The position numbers and the translations under genes were made by a program. Of a DNA stretch of 64,000 nucleotides, positions 1-12,700 are shown piece after piece. The notes below the pieces were generated by a model. That model saw only the letters and a list, made by a program, of their open reading frames with translations, had not been told where the DNA came from and did no database searches. Source of the stretch: Nemertoderma westbladi (Eukaryota; Animalia; Xenacoelomorpha). Numbering within the stretch: the first letter of the stretch is position 1; every line of letters begins with the position of its first letter. The stretch is from NCBI GenBank assembly GCA_032718475.1, contig JAUCBJ010007569.1, positions 1 to 64,000 of the forward strand, read 5' to 3'.

Positions 1-1155
1 AGATACTTGCACTACGGAGACTGTTGAAGGAATTAAGTCAAAGAATCTCCCCGCAGTCATGACTTTTGTGGACTTCAAGAAGGCATTCGACTCCATCCAT
101 AGAGGTAAAATGCTTGAAATCCTAAGAGCTTATGGAATACCAGAAGTAATTGTTGCTGGCATTGGATTGTTATATTGTGACACAGAAGCGCAGGTACTCT
201 CACCAGATGGTGAAACTGAGTTTTTCTCAATCCTGGGCCTGGCGTACTGCAAGGTGACACATTAGCACCATTACTATTTGTAATTGTGCTGGATTACGCA
301 ATGAGGACGGCCACAAAGGGTGAAGATCTGGGATTCACACTTCAAGAACGCAGAAGTAGTAGATATCCGGCAACTACAGTCACAGACACCGACTTTGCGG
401 ATGACATCGCCCTGCTCTCTAATACGCTAGCAGATGCACAGCTTCTACTAAATAAAGTGGAGAGGGCTGCTAAGGAGGTTGGATTGCATATAAATGCTAC
501 CAAGACCGAATTCATGACCTTTAATGTTGATGGAAACTTGACAACCATTGATAATAATCAACTAAGGAAGGTCGATGACTTCCAGTACCTTGGATCATGG
601 ATAGAGAGTAGCAAAAGGGACATAGAAGTTAGGAAAGCAAAGGCTTGGGTAGCTCTATCAAAAATGGATACCATCTGGAAATCAGATCTCTCCAGGCACC
701 TTAAGACTAAGTTCTTTCGAGCCACAGTGGAAAGTGTATTTTTATACGGGGGTGAGACCTGGACACTGACTAAATCACTTGAACAACGAATTGATGGTTG
801 CTACACAAGACTACTAAGGGCAGCCCTAAACATCAGCTGGAGACAACACATGACAAACGCCGAGCTTTATGGTACAATACCACCTGTATCAACCACCCTC
901 CGTGAACGCAGATTAAGATTCAGTGGGCACTGCTGGCGAAGTAAAGACGAGGTCATACCAGATCTACTTCTCTGGCAACCAACTCATGGAAAGCGTAGTC
1001 GTGGACGACCTGCCATAACATATATAGATCAACTTGAAAGGGATACTGAACTTGGGAGAAACGAAATTGCGACAACTATGGAGAATCGGGAAGCCTGGAA
1101 GGATCTCATTTCCACTGTCCGAGTTCGCTCGACCTAGTACTGTAGTAGTAGTAGT
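1..1155 (+). mobile_element. RTE-type non-LTR retrotransposon, 3' part of RT with one frameshift, runs off the window start
   Basis: Motifs FVDFKKAFDSI, GVLQGDTLAP (frameshift at about 236-240), DFADDIAL, FQYLGS and RLRFSGHCWR; stop at 1137 followed by a short (GTA)n tail. Confidence 0.9.
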
Positions 1156-1519
1156 GGCAAATATGTAGTACCGGTATCTCACACGCTGCGTCTTGTTGAA
1201 GACACTGATTAATCTGCAGTTTTCTAATCTGCTATTACAGTATTAGAGTGTAAAATATCGAAATCGATTTTATACAATGTCGGAATGTTTTTCTTCTTGT
1301 CTAGAATTATGGAGTTTTTGCGTGCGCAAAAACCTACCCGAGTTTTATCGCGCGTAAAAACTATCTTAGTTTTAGCACGCGCTAAAACCCCCCGACACTA
1401 TTTTGCGCTTAATTAATTATCACGAATATTAACAAACCAAGTATGCCATAGTACACATTTTTAATATTCAAATAGCCTACTGCCAATTATTACTGTATTA
1501 TAGTACCGGCTGAAGTTTA

Positions 1520-1850
1520 GTTTAGCTTTCAATTAATATAAGCCACGTGTGAAATGATTGAGATGAGATTTAAAATGTATATATACTGTATTTGAATCGA
1601 TTGAAAATCTCTCTCCATAGAAACCAAGATGAAAACTTTTTAGATCACTGCGTAATTACCTCAAATATGCAGCAGCCAATCACAGCTGATTTTCAAAATT
1701 GTCTTCCCGCGCATACTTAAACCCACCATTTCGACCGTTTCCTCATGTTTTTACAAAAAGCACACCCCGCCACTCGATTCAGGGCACCACCTTCTTACCC
1801 CTTATTCCATTGTTTCTAGCCCAACAATTTTTTCACGCACCAACCCTATT
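1520..1850. mobile_element. Terminal arm of a mariner-like non-autonomous DNA transposon family
   Basis: Similar to the arms at 45772-46055 (inverted) and 46328-51545; ends CGCACCAACCCTATT, resembling mariner-type TIR ends. Confidence 0.55.
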
Positions 1851-2744
1851 ATACATACAGTGTAGTATGCCTATTACTTGCCGTATGCAGTTGATATGGG
1901 AGGGCCTAAGGCAATAGATTTCGGTATATTAGCTTTCTTGAGCGTCAGCTCTATTTATAGCAAGAACCTCCACTTCAATTTTGTTAAAATGTCACCGTGT
2001 CAATTTGCAATTAGAGGTATCGTATTACAAGCACTCTTCATGTTACTTCCATGCCGTTTGGCTGGTATACAGTACAGTATGTGCTTCTGGTTCTTACAAA
2101 ATTCTTTGTTTATTACGTGATGGTTTTAAGTTTGCGTTAGCCTTTCAAGCATAATACCTGCTTTAATTGATTTATTTACCTTTGTTGATAATAACAAACA
2201 TTGAAGCGATCTTCCATTTTTTACTGGTTTGCTAATGCTCTATCTTTAATAATATCCTAATTACTTACAGGTTGGCCAAATCCTCATAATCTGATATCAT
2301 CAAATCCAACAAACATACAACTAACCAATCGAGCTTACCGTATAAGGGTGTCAGTTCCAACCGATGTCAGTCTATCCGTATGTCTGTCTGCCTGTATGTC
2401 GGTTAATGTTTGAAGGCTAAAACTCATCAAATACAATCATTGATGAAATTAAACAAAATTTGGTACATAAGTAATCTGCCTAAAGACTGAATATTATTTG
2501 CCCAGTATCCCGCTTGCGCTTCGGAAACTGGGGAGCGGTGTATAATTATATTAAAAATGTATTTATTAAAAAATGAATTGTTTCCAGCGAAATATAATTC
2601 TTGCAACCTTTGAACGTGGTCATGGTGTTATAGTTATAATATGGATACAAGGAGCTAAAACCTTCACCGCAAATGTACTAAAATAAAACTATAGACGCAG
2701 TAGGGTCCCACCGTCCACCCATGTACCGGTGGTTCCAGGAAGGA

Positions 2745-3000
2745 CGAGACTACTCCGTGTCTGGGTAGTCCGCCACGCTGCGCTTGCAGTACTGACTGCA
2801 GACCATCCGACTCAACAGGGGATCCTTCCATCACACAGTTACATTACCGGCGTGTAGCGATGTAGACCTATGGAACCGAGTGTTGTTGAGCTTCAAACAT
2901 AGAGGTGAGGCTGTCACGGGCACATCGTCCAGCCAACAACCACTTACGTAGGAGTTTATTGAGTTCATCGAATGGTTGGTGAGGTTTACCAGAGCGGAGA
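2745..3000 (-). pseudogene. Degenerate CRE-like non-LTR retrotransposon fragment (region upstream of the restriction-like endonuclease)
   Basis: Minus-strand translation across frameshifts gives SGCWLDDVP...LKLNN...VESDGL...CKRS..LPRH, matching the GAWL..P / C..S.GR.PRH pattern of CRE-clade ORFs. Confidence 0.45.
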
Positions 3001-3827
3001 AAATCATGTATAGAAAATATAATATACAGTATATCTAAAATCATTTTGTTTGGATATTTCAATACGGTAAAGTATTTCTATAGTGAATAAACGCACACAG
3101 AATTAGGGCCAATTCCTTTATACACAGGGCTAATAATACTAATAAGGGGTGCCATGCCCTTATATTTTTATGCATCAGGTACATGTTGAACTAAACGCAT
3201 GTAAATTTTCTCAAGTTGCTTGAAACGAAACACACACTCACATTTGGTTCATGTTACAGTTTCAATTTACACGAAAGGAGTCAGATTACTGAAGTTAATG
3301 CAAATGGAAGGTAGCTTAGCCTACTGGGTACATTGGTAGCGGTTGTTCCTCACTTTCACATTTATAAAACCGAACTATATAAAACAAACACGCGGTTTTC
3401 GTAACTGGCATTTTCAATTACAGAATTACAAAAACATAATTATATGTGAAATTTATTTATTTGATAGTTAATCAATGAAAAAAACTGATTACAATTTATT
3501 TGGCTCCCTGTTTTTCTGAAATTTTGAGTTGGAAAGTATTTTTTCTTTAGCTATTATTTTGAATTAATTTTTATACTTAATATTCGCAATAGGCCTAGGC
3601 ATACTTACAAATAATTCATAAATAATCACAAAATTTTAAAATCATTTTAGATAAAATTTTAAGCAAACGTGAAATATATATTTTATAAAAATATAAACTT
3701 TCATTATTTAATTTTTACAGGGATGTTTCATTAGGATAGGCCCATAACTAATTGATTCAAGATTTGTTTTACATAACAAAGTTTTATGCACGAATGTGCA
3801 GGGCAGTGTGCGATGTGAATAAAAACT

Positions 3828-3953
3828 ATGGAAGGAATGAGTTGCAACAACCAGATATGCGATCTAGAAGGAATGTTGCCGCCATCTAATAGGCCTAGTG
3901 TTGTACATCATCGAGGTACATCAGGAGGTGGATATGGTTTCACACAAGAACAG
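3828..3953 (+). CDS. SIX1/2: Six1/2 homeobox gene, coding exon 1 (MEGMSCNN...GGYGFTQEQ)
   Basis: GFTQEQ is the start of the SIX domain; in-frame upstream stop at 3816-3818; acceptor TTTTTACAG ends at 3720; donor GT at 3954, phase 0. Confidence 0.85.
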
Positions 3954-4132
3954 GTTCATAATAATTTGAGATAATTTATACATTATTATGAATTAGGCAT
4001 ACCAATGTTTTGCATTAAAACTATTGATGGGTGATACTATACCTAGACAGTACTGTATATTAAATTAAAATGTCTGTTACGTAATGTAATTAAGGGAAGA
4101 ACGAAAAATTAAGTTCGGTCAACGCTTTCTAG

Positions 4133-4272
4133 GTGGCGTGCGTTTGTGAAGTTCTACAACAAAGTGGAAATGTTGATCGTCTCAGCAGCTTTATCTGGTC
4201 CTTACCCCATTGCAATAGGCTGAGTAATGATGAAAGTGTACTAAAGGCATCTGCCATTGTTGCATTTCATGG
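4133..4272 (+). CDS. SIX1/2: Six1/2 coding exon 2 (SIX domain: [46 protein letters not shown])
   Basis: Clear match to the Six1/2 sequence [19 protein letters not shown]; acceptor TTTCTAG, donor GTAAGC, phase 2. Confidence 0.95.
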
Positions 4273-4444
4273 GTAAGCCATACTAAATATATTGATATTA
4301 TTTTAAAGTCAAAGGTTAGAATATGGAAAATTGTGATAATATTGCGCATTCGAATATGGCCTACATATCCGATGGTTGCAACAGATACGAATTACTGAGT
4401 CAAAGGTAGGCTTATACGTCATACAAATACAATAACCGCCTACC

Positions 4445-5137
4445 CGTCGGACTGTGCCGACACTGTGCAGATAATGTGCTAACAATGTGCCGACAGTTGT
4501 GTCTGCGTTACGTTGTGCCGACAGTGTCGGCGTTACGTTGTGCCGACCGTGTCGGCGTTACGTTGTGCCGTCAGTGTCGGCGTTACGTTGTGCCGACAGT
4601 GTCGGCGTTACGTTGTGCCGACAGATTCGGCGTTACGTTGTGCCGACAGTGTCGGCGTTACGTTATGCCGACCTTGTCGGCGTTACGTTGTGCCGTCAGT
4701 TTCGGCGTTACGTTGTGCCGACAGTGTCGGCGTTACGTTGTGCCGACAGTGTCGGCGTTACGTTGTGCCGTCAGTGTCGGCGTTACTTTGTGCCGACCTT
4801 GTCAGTGTTACGTTGTGCCGTCAGTGTCGGCGTTACGTTGTGCCGACAGTGTCGGCGTTACGTTGTGCCGTCAGTGTCGGCGTTACGTTGTGCCGACAGT
4901 GTCGGTGTTACGTTGTGCCGACAGTGTCGGCGTTACGTTGTGCCGACAGTTTCGGCGTTGCGTTGTGCCGACAGTTTCGGCGTTACTTTGTGCTGACAGT
5001 GTCGGCGTTTCTTTGTGTCGACCGTGTCAGCGTTTCGTTGTGCCGTCAGTATCGGCGTTACGTTATGCCGACAGTTTCGGCGTTTCGTTGTGCCAACAAA
5101 GTCGGCGTTACGTTGTGCCGACAGTTTCGGCGTTACG
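4445..5137 (+). repeat. Tandem array of a 25-bp unit CGTTACGTTGTGCCGACAGTGTCGG (about 25 copies)
   Basis: Direct periodicity visible; each unit contains the palindrome CCGACA-G-TGTCGG. Confidence 0.95.
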
Positions 5138-5693
5138 AGCACACAGGCTATTAATGGAGTTGACTGCGACTTTGTTAAAGGAGGAGTATGCATACTAATC
5201 TGATTGTGTGTTATTATTAGATAATCAATTTCTCACCTTACCCTGCTCCTTTGTGTAGTGTGTCATTATGAAATGGCGACACTGTCTGAAGGCGTCCTAA
5301 TTCTAGTTCTATAGTACTGTACCTGGGTCTGTTACATGGCGCGAGGCCTATTAAATGGCGACACTCTGTCTCGAACGGGTTCGGTATACTACTGAGATTC
5401 ACATTAAGCGGTGCGGCGGCGGCCTAATTCTAGTAGGTGGGGGTCTGAATTAAAGCGCAATAAATTTTCTTGTCCGTTTAAATCACTCATGATGTCCTTT
5501 TTTTAAACTTTTTATGTCCTCCAGAAATCTACCGTTAGGTTCCATGCTACCGGTTTCTCTACTGCTGTTCTCTTAGGCTATCAGTTCCGGTATTAGTATA
5601 TAGAGCAGTATTTTGCAGTGTTCCTGTATTGTCTATAGTTTTTAAATGTCACAAAATGTTGAAAACGAAATGAGAAATGAAAATTTTAAAAAT

Positions 5694-6182
5694 GTCGACA
5701 CTGTCGGCACAACGTATCGACGACACTGTCGGCACAACGTGACGACGACTGTCGGCACAACGTAACGACGACACGGTCGGCGCAACGTAACGCCGACACT
5801 GTCGGCACACCGTAACGAGGACACTGTCGGCACAACGTAACGACGACACTGTCGGCACAACGTAATGCCGATACTGTCGGCACAACGTAACGACGACTGT
5901 CAGCACAACCTAACGAAGACACTGTCGGCACAACGTAACGCCGACACTGTTGGCACAACGTAACACCGACACTGTCGGCACAACATAACGACGACACTGT
6001 CGGAACAACGTATCGACGACTGTCGGCACAACGTAACTACGACACTGTCGGCACAACGTAACGCCGACACTGTTGGCACAACGTAACGACGACAGTGTCG
6101 GCACAACGTAACGACGACACTGCCGGCACAACATAACGCCGACACTGTTGGCACAACTTTATGCTGCCACTGTCAGCACAGC
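5694..6182 (-). repeat. Second array of the same 25-bp unit (some 22-bp variants) in inverted orientation
   Basis: Unit CCGACACTGTCGGCACAACGTAACG is the reverse complement of the first array's unit. Confidence 0.95.
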
Positions 6183-6309
6183 GTTTACACCCGTCGAATT
6201 AGATTCTAAAGTAATTATATACTGTACTGTACAATAGTAGGCCTACACCATATGGGCCGGTTTATAGTGTCATTTACTGATGACGGAATATTAAGAATGG
6301 CCGGAGAAT

Positions 6310-7870
6310 TGGTGATATGGTATGCTATTTTTCGGTGGGTGCCAAAAATTGGGTATGGTCTGTGCACTGTGCAGTGCAGCACCAAATTTTCAAATATGGA
6401 AATCAATAATTATTACCTTATAGGTATTCAAATCGTTAAAAGGGAACAAAAATGTTCATTGTTTATATGTTTATATTAATTTTATAATGAACTGCAATAA
6501 GAAAGGATAATTAATTTTTATATTGACATTTTTGTGCTATACAACAATAATAAACAGTTATAAAATAGTGCATCGAAATTTAATAATTTAAATTTTTATG
6601 CAGCAGAGTTCACACCAAATTTTTTGCACCCACTAAAAAATTGCATACCATAACACGCAGTCAGCTTGAAAATATACCCATTCTACTCGATTTACATGAA
6701 AACCCTTGAGGAAATGTGGAAAATTTAAATAAATATAAGATAATAATAATTACTGATTTTCATCTTTGAAAATTTTGTGCTACACAGTGCGTACCCAATT
6801 TTTGGCACCCTCTGAAAAATAGCATACCATATCACCAAGTCTTTTGGAAAATATTACCATTGTACTCGCCTTACATGAAAACCTTTGTGGAAAAGAATAA
6901 ATACATATAAGATAATAATTATTGATTTTCATCTTTGAAAATTTGGTGCTACACAGTCAGACAGTGCGTACCCAATTTTTGGCACCCTCTGAAAAATAGC
7001 ATACCGTATCACGAAGTCTTTTGGAAAATATTACCATTATTTTCGCCGTACATGAAAACCTTTGTGGAAAAAGAATAAATACCTATATGATTGTAATTAT
7101 TGATTTTCATATTTGAAAATTTAGTGCTAAATATGCTATTTTTGGTCAAAAGTTCTTTTTTTCAATTTTTTAAAAAGTAATCGACCGTTAATTTTTTAAT
7201 TTCATTTTTTGTAGTTAGAATGACCATATTAACCAGGTGAGATACTCTTTTTCACCGTTCAATGTTATCTTTTGCATTTTTATATTTGAAAATTTGGTGT
7301 CAAATTGTGCTATTTTTGGTGAAAAACTGTTTTTTTCAATTATTTCAAAAAGTCAGTTTAAAACGTCCTGATGGTATGACCATCAACCCCTTCTCGAAAG
7401 GCCGGTGCCTGGTATGGGATGCTACATATGTGGATACCTTTGCCCCATCCCACATTATTCGCTCTGCCATTGAGCCATCCTCAGCATCAGCAGCAGCGGA
7501 GGAGCTAAAGCGTGTGAAATACCGCAATTTGGGTCAGCAGTACCAATTCGAACCCTTGGCCTTCGAGACCACAGGAGTATTCGGTTCATCCTCCATCAGC
7601 GTGTTAAAAGATCTTGGCCGAAGACTCATAGCGGAGTCAGGAGACCCACGCGAGAGCTTGTGGCTGAAGCAGCGCATCGGGATAGCCATAGTGAGGGGGA
7701 ACGCCCTTTGTGTTCGGGGTTCAATCAGCGCTGTGGAATAGAGTTATTCTCACTAGTTCTATTAAATTTAGGATGGTAGCTTTCAAAAAGTAATCGACCG
7801 TATTTTTTAAATTTGGTTTTTTTAAGTTAGAATGTTGATATGAATCACGTGAGACATTCATTTTGGCCGT
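6310..7870. repeat. Repeat element built from about 178-bp units, with one inverted partial unit at 6310-6410; probable non-autonomous DNA transposon
   Basis: CATGAAAACC recurs at 6695, 6874 and 7051; shared AAATTTGGTGCT...TTTTTGGCACCC motif; termini not resolved. Confidence 0.65.
7354..7780 (+). mobile_element. 5'-truncated CRE-like non-LTR retrotransposon (restriction-like endonuclease domain only), 11-bp TSD
   Basis: KRPDGMT...CLVWDATYVDT...KRVKY...FEPLAFETTG is a PD-(D/E)xK RLE signature; TSD TTTCAAAAAGT at 7343-7353 and 7781-7791; the uninterrupted host unit is visible at about 7160-7200. Confidence 0.85.
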
Positions 7871-8428
7871 TCAATTTTTTCGAACTGAAAGTTGGTTCAA
7901 GCCCGGTGGTGTGGGCCACTATAGGCCCTACACGTAGGGTTCTATTTCTTTTCAAACGCTTATAAAAAATGTTTTATTTTTAAATTGTTACTTTTTCGCT
8001 CGAATATACACCAAAATCGGGATAAAAAGTTTCACTTTTTTTCCCTAGGGAAAAAAGTATCCCATTGGGTTGCATTGATTTTACTTTTTTTCCCGGCGAA
8101 ACAAGTAAATTAAAATATTTTGGGTGGAATTTCTTAAATTTAATTACATATATTTAAAGAGCATCGACGTAGAAAAGGTTTGCAAGTAATTTGAACAAAA
8201 TCCATTCACAAACTCAAAAGTTATTGCAAATTTAGTGTCTGAAACGTTTACTCCAAAACGAAACTCAATATCCAATATTGGTTTAGGTAGTTAAGCGGCG
8301 CTCTAGTTACGTAATAAATATTCGAGAACACTAAATTACAGTATTGTAACATTGAGTAAGGCAAAATCGAGAGTTGAGGAGTACAATAATATGAATCGCA
8401 GCAGTAACTATGGAAGCATTATTTTTTT

Positions 8429-8690
8429 GGCAGCAGCTTGGTCTAGTGGTGACATTACTGGGCTTCCGATTAGGGAGCCCTGGTTCGATCCCTAGATGGG
8501 GCAGTACTGTTTGGACACAGTGCTTTAAATGCTGCAGCCTAGCCCAACCCCGGCTTTCATCCTTCAGTGGTCGATAAATGGGAACCAAGGCAACTTGGAA
8601 AACAGAGTGGAAGGGTTTACTGTGGAAGATCACCCATGGTGGTGAAGAGGCATTCCTTGGCTTAACGAACCTAAAAGATTCTCCCATTCA
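8429..8690 (+). mobile_element. tRNA-derived SINE (family 1)
   Basis: A box TGGTCTAGTGG and B box GGTTCGATCCC; central CTTTCATCCTTCAGTGGTCGATAAATG resembles the Nin-type SINE domain and is shared with family 2. Confidence 0.75.
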
Positions 8691-8922
8691 ATATTTTTTT
8701 CCATGTAATATATGTTGTATATGTAGATGTATATGTAGTATATGTTAATATATGCAATATAAGTTGTATGATCTTTTGCTCCAGTGCAGTAGCTAGTTTG
8801 ATAAACATTTTGGTTTGATTATCTGATTAACGTTCTGGAATATCATCTTCACGTTCACAAAGTAAGGCCAGTAGTATATACAGTAGTAGCTAGTATTATT
8901 TAATTACACCATGACCCGTAAT

Positions 8923-9653
8923 CTTGAAATTTGGATTACAACTAGTTCAACTCACCGTCGATGTCCACGTGAAGCCGGAATTTTCGATCTTGTCCGTAAT
9001 TTTTTTTATAAGCGTTTTAAAAAAGTGTCTTTTGCGAGATTGCACATCTCCTATCATCGCCATTCTTCACAAACCTCGCTTTATAGATATCATTAGAAAG
9101 CTTTCGTTACAAGGAATCCAAATATGTAACAATATATAAATTTCGTTGAGAAATAGCTGAGATATAGGCGTTCAATGGTAGTAAGAAGTATTGTTCGCTG
9201 AAGGCCATTTTTTATCTATTTAATAAATACACAATGTTCTGGGACATTTTGTTTATGATTGAATAGCTAAGCGATAGAGATATTGTATAGGCATATACCT
9301 GTTGCCCACCATCTCACAAAATAAAAAACACGTTCTAGAATTTTGTGTATTTTTTAAATAGAATAAATGGCCTGTAGCGAACAATAATTCTAGCAATCTT
9401 TGAACGCCTATATCTCAGCTGTTTCTCAACGAAATTCAAATATTCTTACATATTTGGAATCCGTGCAACGCATACTTTCTAATGATATGAAAAAGATTAC
9501 GACTAATGTAAAGAATGGCAATGATACGGATGGGGCGATTTCGCAAAAGACACTTTTTAAAACGCTTATAATAAAATTTACAGGCAAAAATGAAAATACC
9601 GGCTCATGTGGACATCGACGGTGAGTTGAACTAATTGTGTTTCAAATTTTAAG
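8923..9653. mobile_element. Palindromic MITE (about 730 bp, long imperfect inverted arms)
   Basis: TAGTTCAACTCACCGTCGATGTCCAC near 8943 is inverted near 9607-9633; arm similarity continues inward (GCTGAGATATAGGCGTTCAA versus TTGAACGCCTATATCTCAGC). Confidence 0.85.
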
Positions 9654-9754
9654 CAATATGATAAAGATTTGTAGAAAATGGGGGGGGGGGGGGGGGGGGT
9701 AACACAAAAACATGGAGTTGATAAGAATAAGTGGGGAGAACATGACCGAAATAC

Positions 9755-12700
9755 AAAGCGAAAAATCTTAAAGTTACCAATAGCTGGTAAAGAGTCTTCC
9801 CACTTCATCTACTTCTTTAACAGCTCTCCCTTGAGTGGATCATCCCAAGAGTGTTTTTCGAGCCACATCTGTTGAACTAAACTCCGAGCAACAAGGATTA
9901 CAGGACTATTAAATCCCAATGGATCAAAATATATGCTCAGAATACTTCGGCAATCTTTCGGTTTCTTTAATTGGAAGAATAGAATATCTCTCTCTGTATT
10001 TCACTTTAAACCGAGGGTTTTTGTCTCTGGGGGGTCGTCTTTAATGAGGTCGAGATCTTTAGCACCTCGTTATTCTACTGGGTTCGCCTCCAGAAACTCA
10101 CGGGAGTTGCTGGTGAACTTGGTTAATCGGAATCCACCACGTTGGAGACACTTTACCGTTCCCTTGGCAACCCAGATCGCTCCCTCCACTGTTGGTAGGG
10201 ATTTGAGGCTATCGTCCATATAAATGTCCCGTTTGATTTTATCAATCATGGCTTTAGGGAAGGCATCTCGATTTTCGTCTGCTGTGGTATGCACCACTGA
10301 ACAAGTGTTAGATGGACTAGAGATAATGCCAAAAGCCTGATGGTCATCCAGTACTGGTTCTTTATCGATGTCTCCGTCTGGCCACCATTGGAACCGTAAG
10401 CTATCCCTATCCCATTGTACCACTTTAACTTGAAGAAACCTTCAATGTCGGAGGCAAATGCGAGGGAGTATTGATGGAGCCATAATAAAATTCCCAACAG
10501 CGATTGTAGTTAGTAAGTTGGGTCCGGGCAACAGTTCTGAGTTCAGGGACTGGCCTTTGTATAAGGCGGAGCTATCAAACACTACCCAGACTTCATTGGG
10601 TTTACCGGGTTTGGGAACGTAATGGTGAGTTAAATAATATGTTCTCTCAGTCACTGGTGTTCCTACGGGAACTCACTCCGCATATCCCTTAGCAATGAAC
10701 TTTTTAAGCTGAGTTTTATACATCTCTTTAGCCTTCTCGTTTGCGGATAAGTGTTGATGTAGTTGCTCGATTCTTTTAACAGCTAATGGTCGATTGTTAA
10801 TGAAGCTGGGTTTTCGTTTCCGAGATAGCGAGTCGTCGTAGCTTGAATTTGTTTAGCCCTCTCTTCCTCTATGGAGAGAGTTTTATCGTATGAGTTAGGT
10901 TCAACAGCCTCTTGTGTGAAGAATCTCACCACATGTTCATCTCTCAGCTTAGCATTGTATCGCTCCACCACCTCATTGAGTTCGTCATCCCCATAAGCCA
11001 GTAATTCACTATTCCGTTGAATTAGTTGACATAATTCTGTTTGGTTAGACCAGGCTTGATTTTCGGTGAGTGGTCCTATGACATTATCCTCATTATCATA
11101 TAATACCTGGACATCGTCGTTATCTGAGGAGCATGAAGTTTCCTCAGCTGGGATTATTTCCTCCTCTACTGGTTCTATACTCTCACTTACCTGACTCATA
11201 AAGATATTCTCAGTTCTTCCTCTTAGCGTTCGTTTTGATGGACCTGTGAAATACCCACGTACCCGAGTCTGTAGCGGTTGTGGCATGGCAGGTCTCTTCT
11301 CTAAAGTTTCTAACGCTTCATGAGCATTTTGACCTATGAGTAACTGGACTCCTGGATAGCCAGTCATAAATCTGGGGACCTTATACTGACGGGAAAAGTT
11401 ATCTTCATCACATCATAAGGTTCTTCCTGACTGGTGGCAAAGTTCTTAATAGCTACCATTTTTATGTGTTTTAAATTATCCTTACCTGTTCGATCTTGTG
11501 GGGTAGATAGAGATCCCACATATAAGTCCGTTTCCACAGCAGATTTCCAAACCTGCATTATGCCGGAGAGATTGAGTTTGGTATGAAATTTCTCCTGTCC
11601 AGCGAAAAAATCTTCTGCTAAGTCTTTGTTGATAAAGGTACCTGTACTACCTGAATCACGGAGGGCATTTACTACTAAATTCTTACCTTGTCCATGTATC
11701 CTGAGCTCCACGATGGGAAATTCTCTAATGCTACCAGATGGTTGTGAGACCTTCCGCGAGACTTGTTTATCGTTTGAGACATGTTTAGCCTCCTCTTATT
11801 CAATGAAAGTCTCATGGGCGAGGGCTCTATAGATCCCAGCATTGATCATGTAACACGAATTATCCTAAGTTACACTACATCAGTCCTTAAGATCTTTCTG
11901 TATGAAGTCTTCACACTTACTTAAGTGGTGTGGTCCCTCGAAAAACATGCACTTCAGTTTAAGTTTAGTTTCCCTTTGGGGAAAAGTATTTTGTACACGA
12001 GTTTTCTCTTCTGGTTTTTTACTATAAATCCACTTAGGTGAAGTCAGGGGAGTTTTAATGTACTCTCTCGTGTTATTATTTGACCTACCTTTCATTTTTC
12101 CTGCATCTTTACCCTTGGTGGTGTAATATACATCAGTGGTGTCTTTGCCGCTTTCCTCGTCGAATGAAGTATTCGTATTCGGTATAACAAACAGGAGTAG
12201 TCTTACGTCTAGTAGTGGGTTTCTCACTCACCTTAGTTTCTGGAATCTTTTCTCTGGACTGTTTTAGGAGTTGTAGTTTCACTTCTCCTGTCAGGAACTT
12301 AACTTAACTGTTAAGATCAACCATCTTGGGATTTCTCCCATGATGCTCCCTATAGTATAGCACCTTTTTGTCCCAACGAGTACCTATGCCGCCCTCTGGC
12401 AAGGAAGACCTTGGCTTGGGAGGACCTTACAAGCATTTGATGAGGAATCGCAGTTTTTCACCTATAGATAATACCAAGTTGTGTATGGCATCTTTATAAT
12501 ATTCATTAAATGGTAGCCATTTCAACACATCTCCATTGAACTTGATGACCTCTCCCACCGATACGGCTTGATGGGCCTCCATTCTGGCCATCTGATGGGC
12601 GAAACTCTCCTGAGCCATGGTATTTTTTCAACATTGAATTATCTGAATATATATTACGAGGGTAATTTGGAGTAGTATATGGTGTATTATTCGAAGTTTT

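Noticed and set aside
4476-6154. Cys/Arg-rich ORFs in several frames
   Set aside because: Artefacts of a stop-free 25-bp tandem repeat; the same peptide appears in every frame.
4445-6182. CRISPR-like array of palindromic repeats
   Set aside because: Units are head-to-tail with no unique spacers, there are no cas genes, and the context is a eukaryotic intron.
9678-9700. Long G/C homopolymers (also near 30463, 31962, 55667, 63079) as functional G-quadruplexes
   Set aside because: Most sit in or beside repeats, lengths are unreliable in assemblies, and nothing else supports a function.
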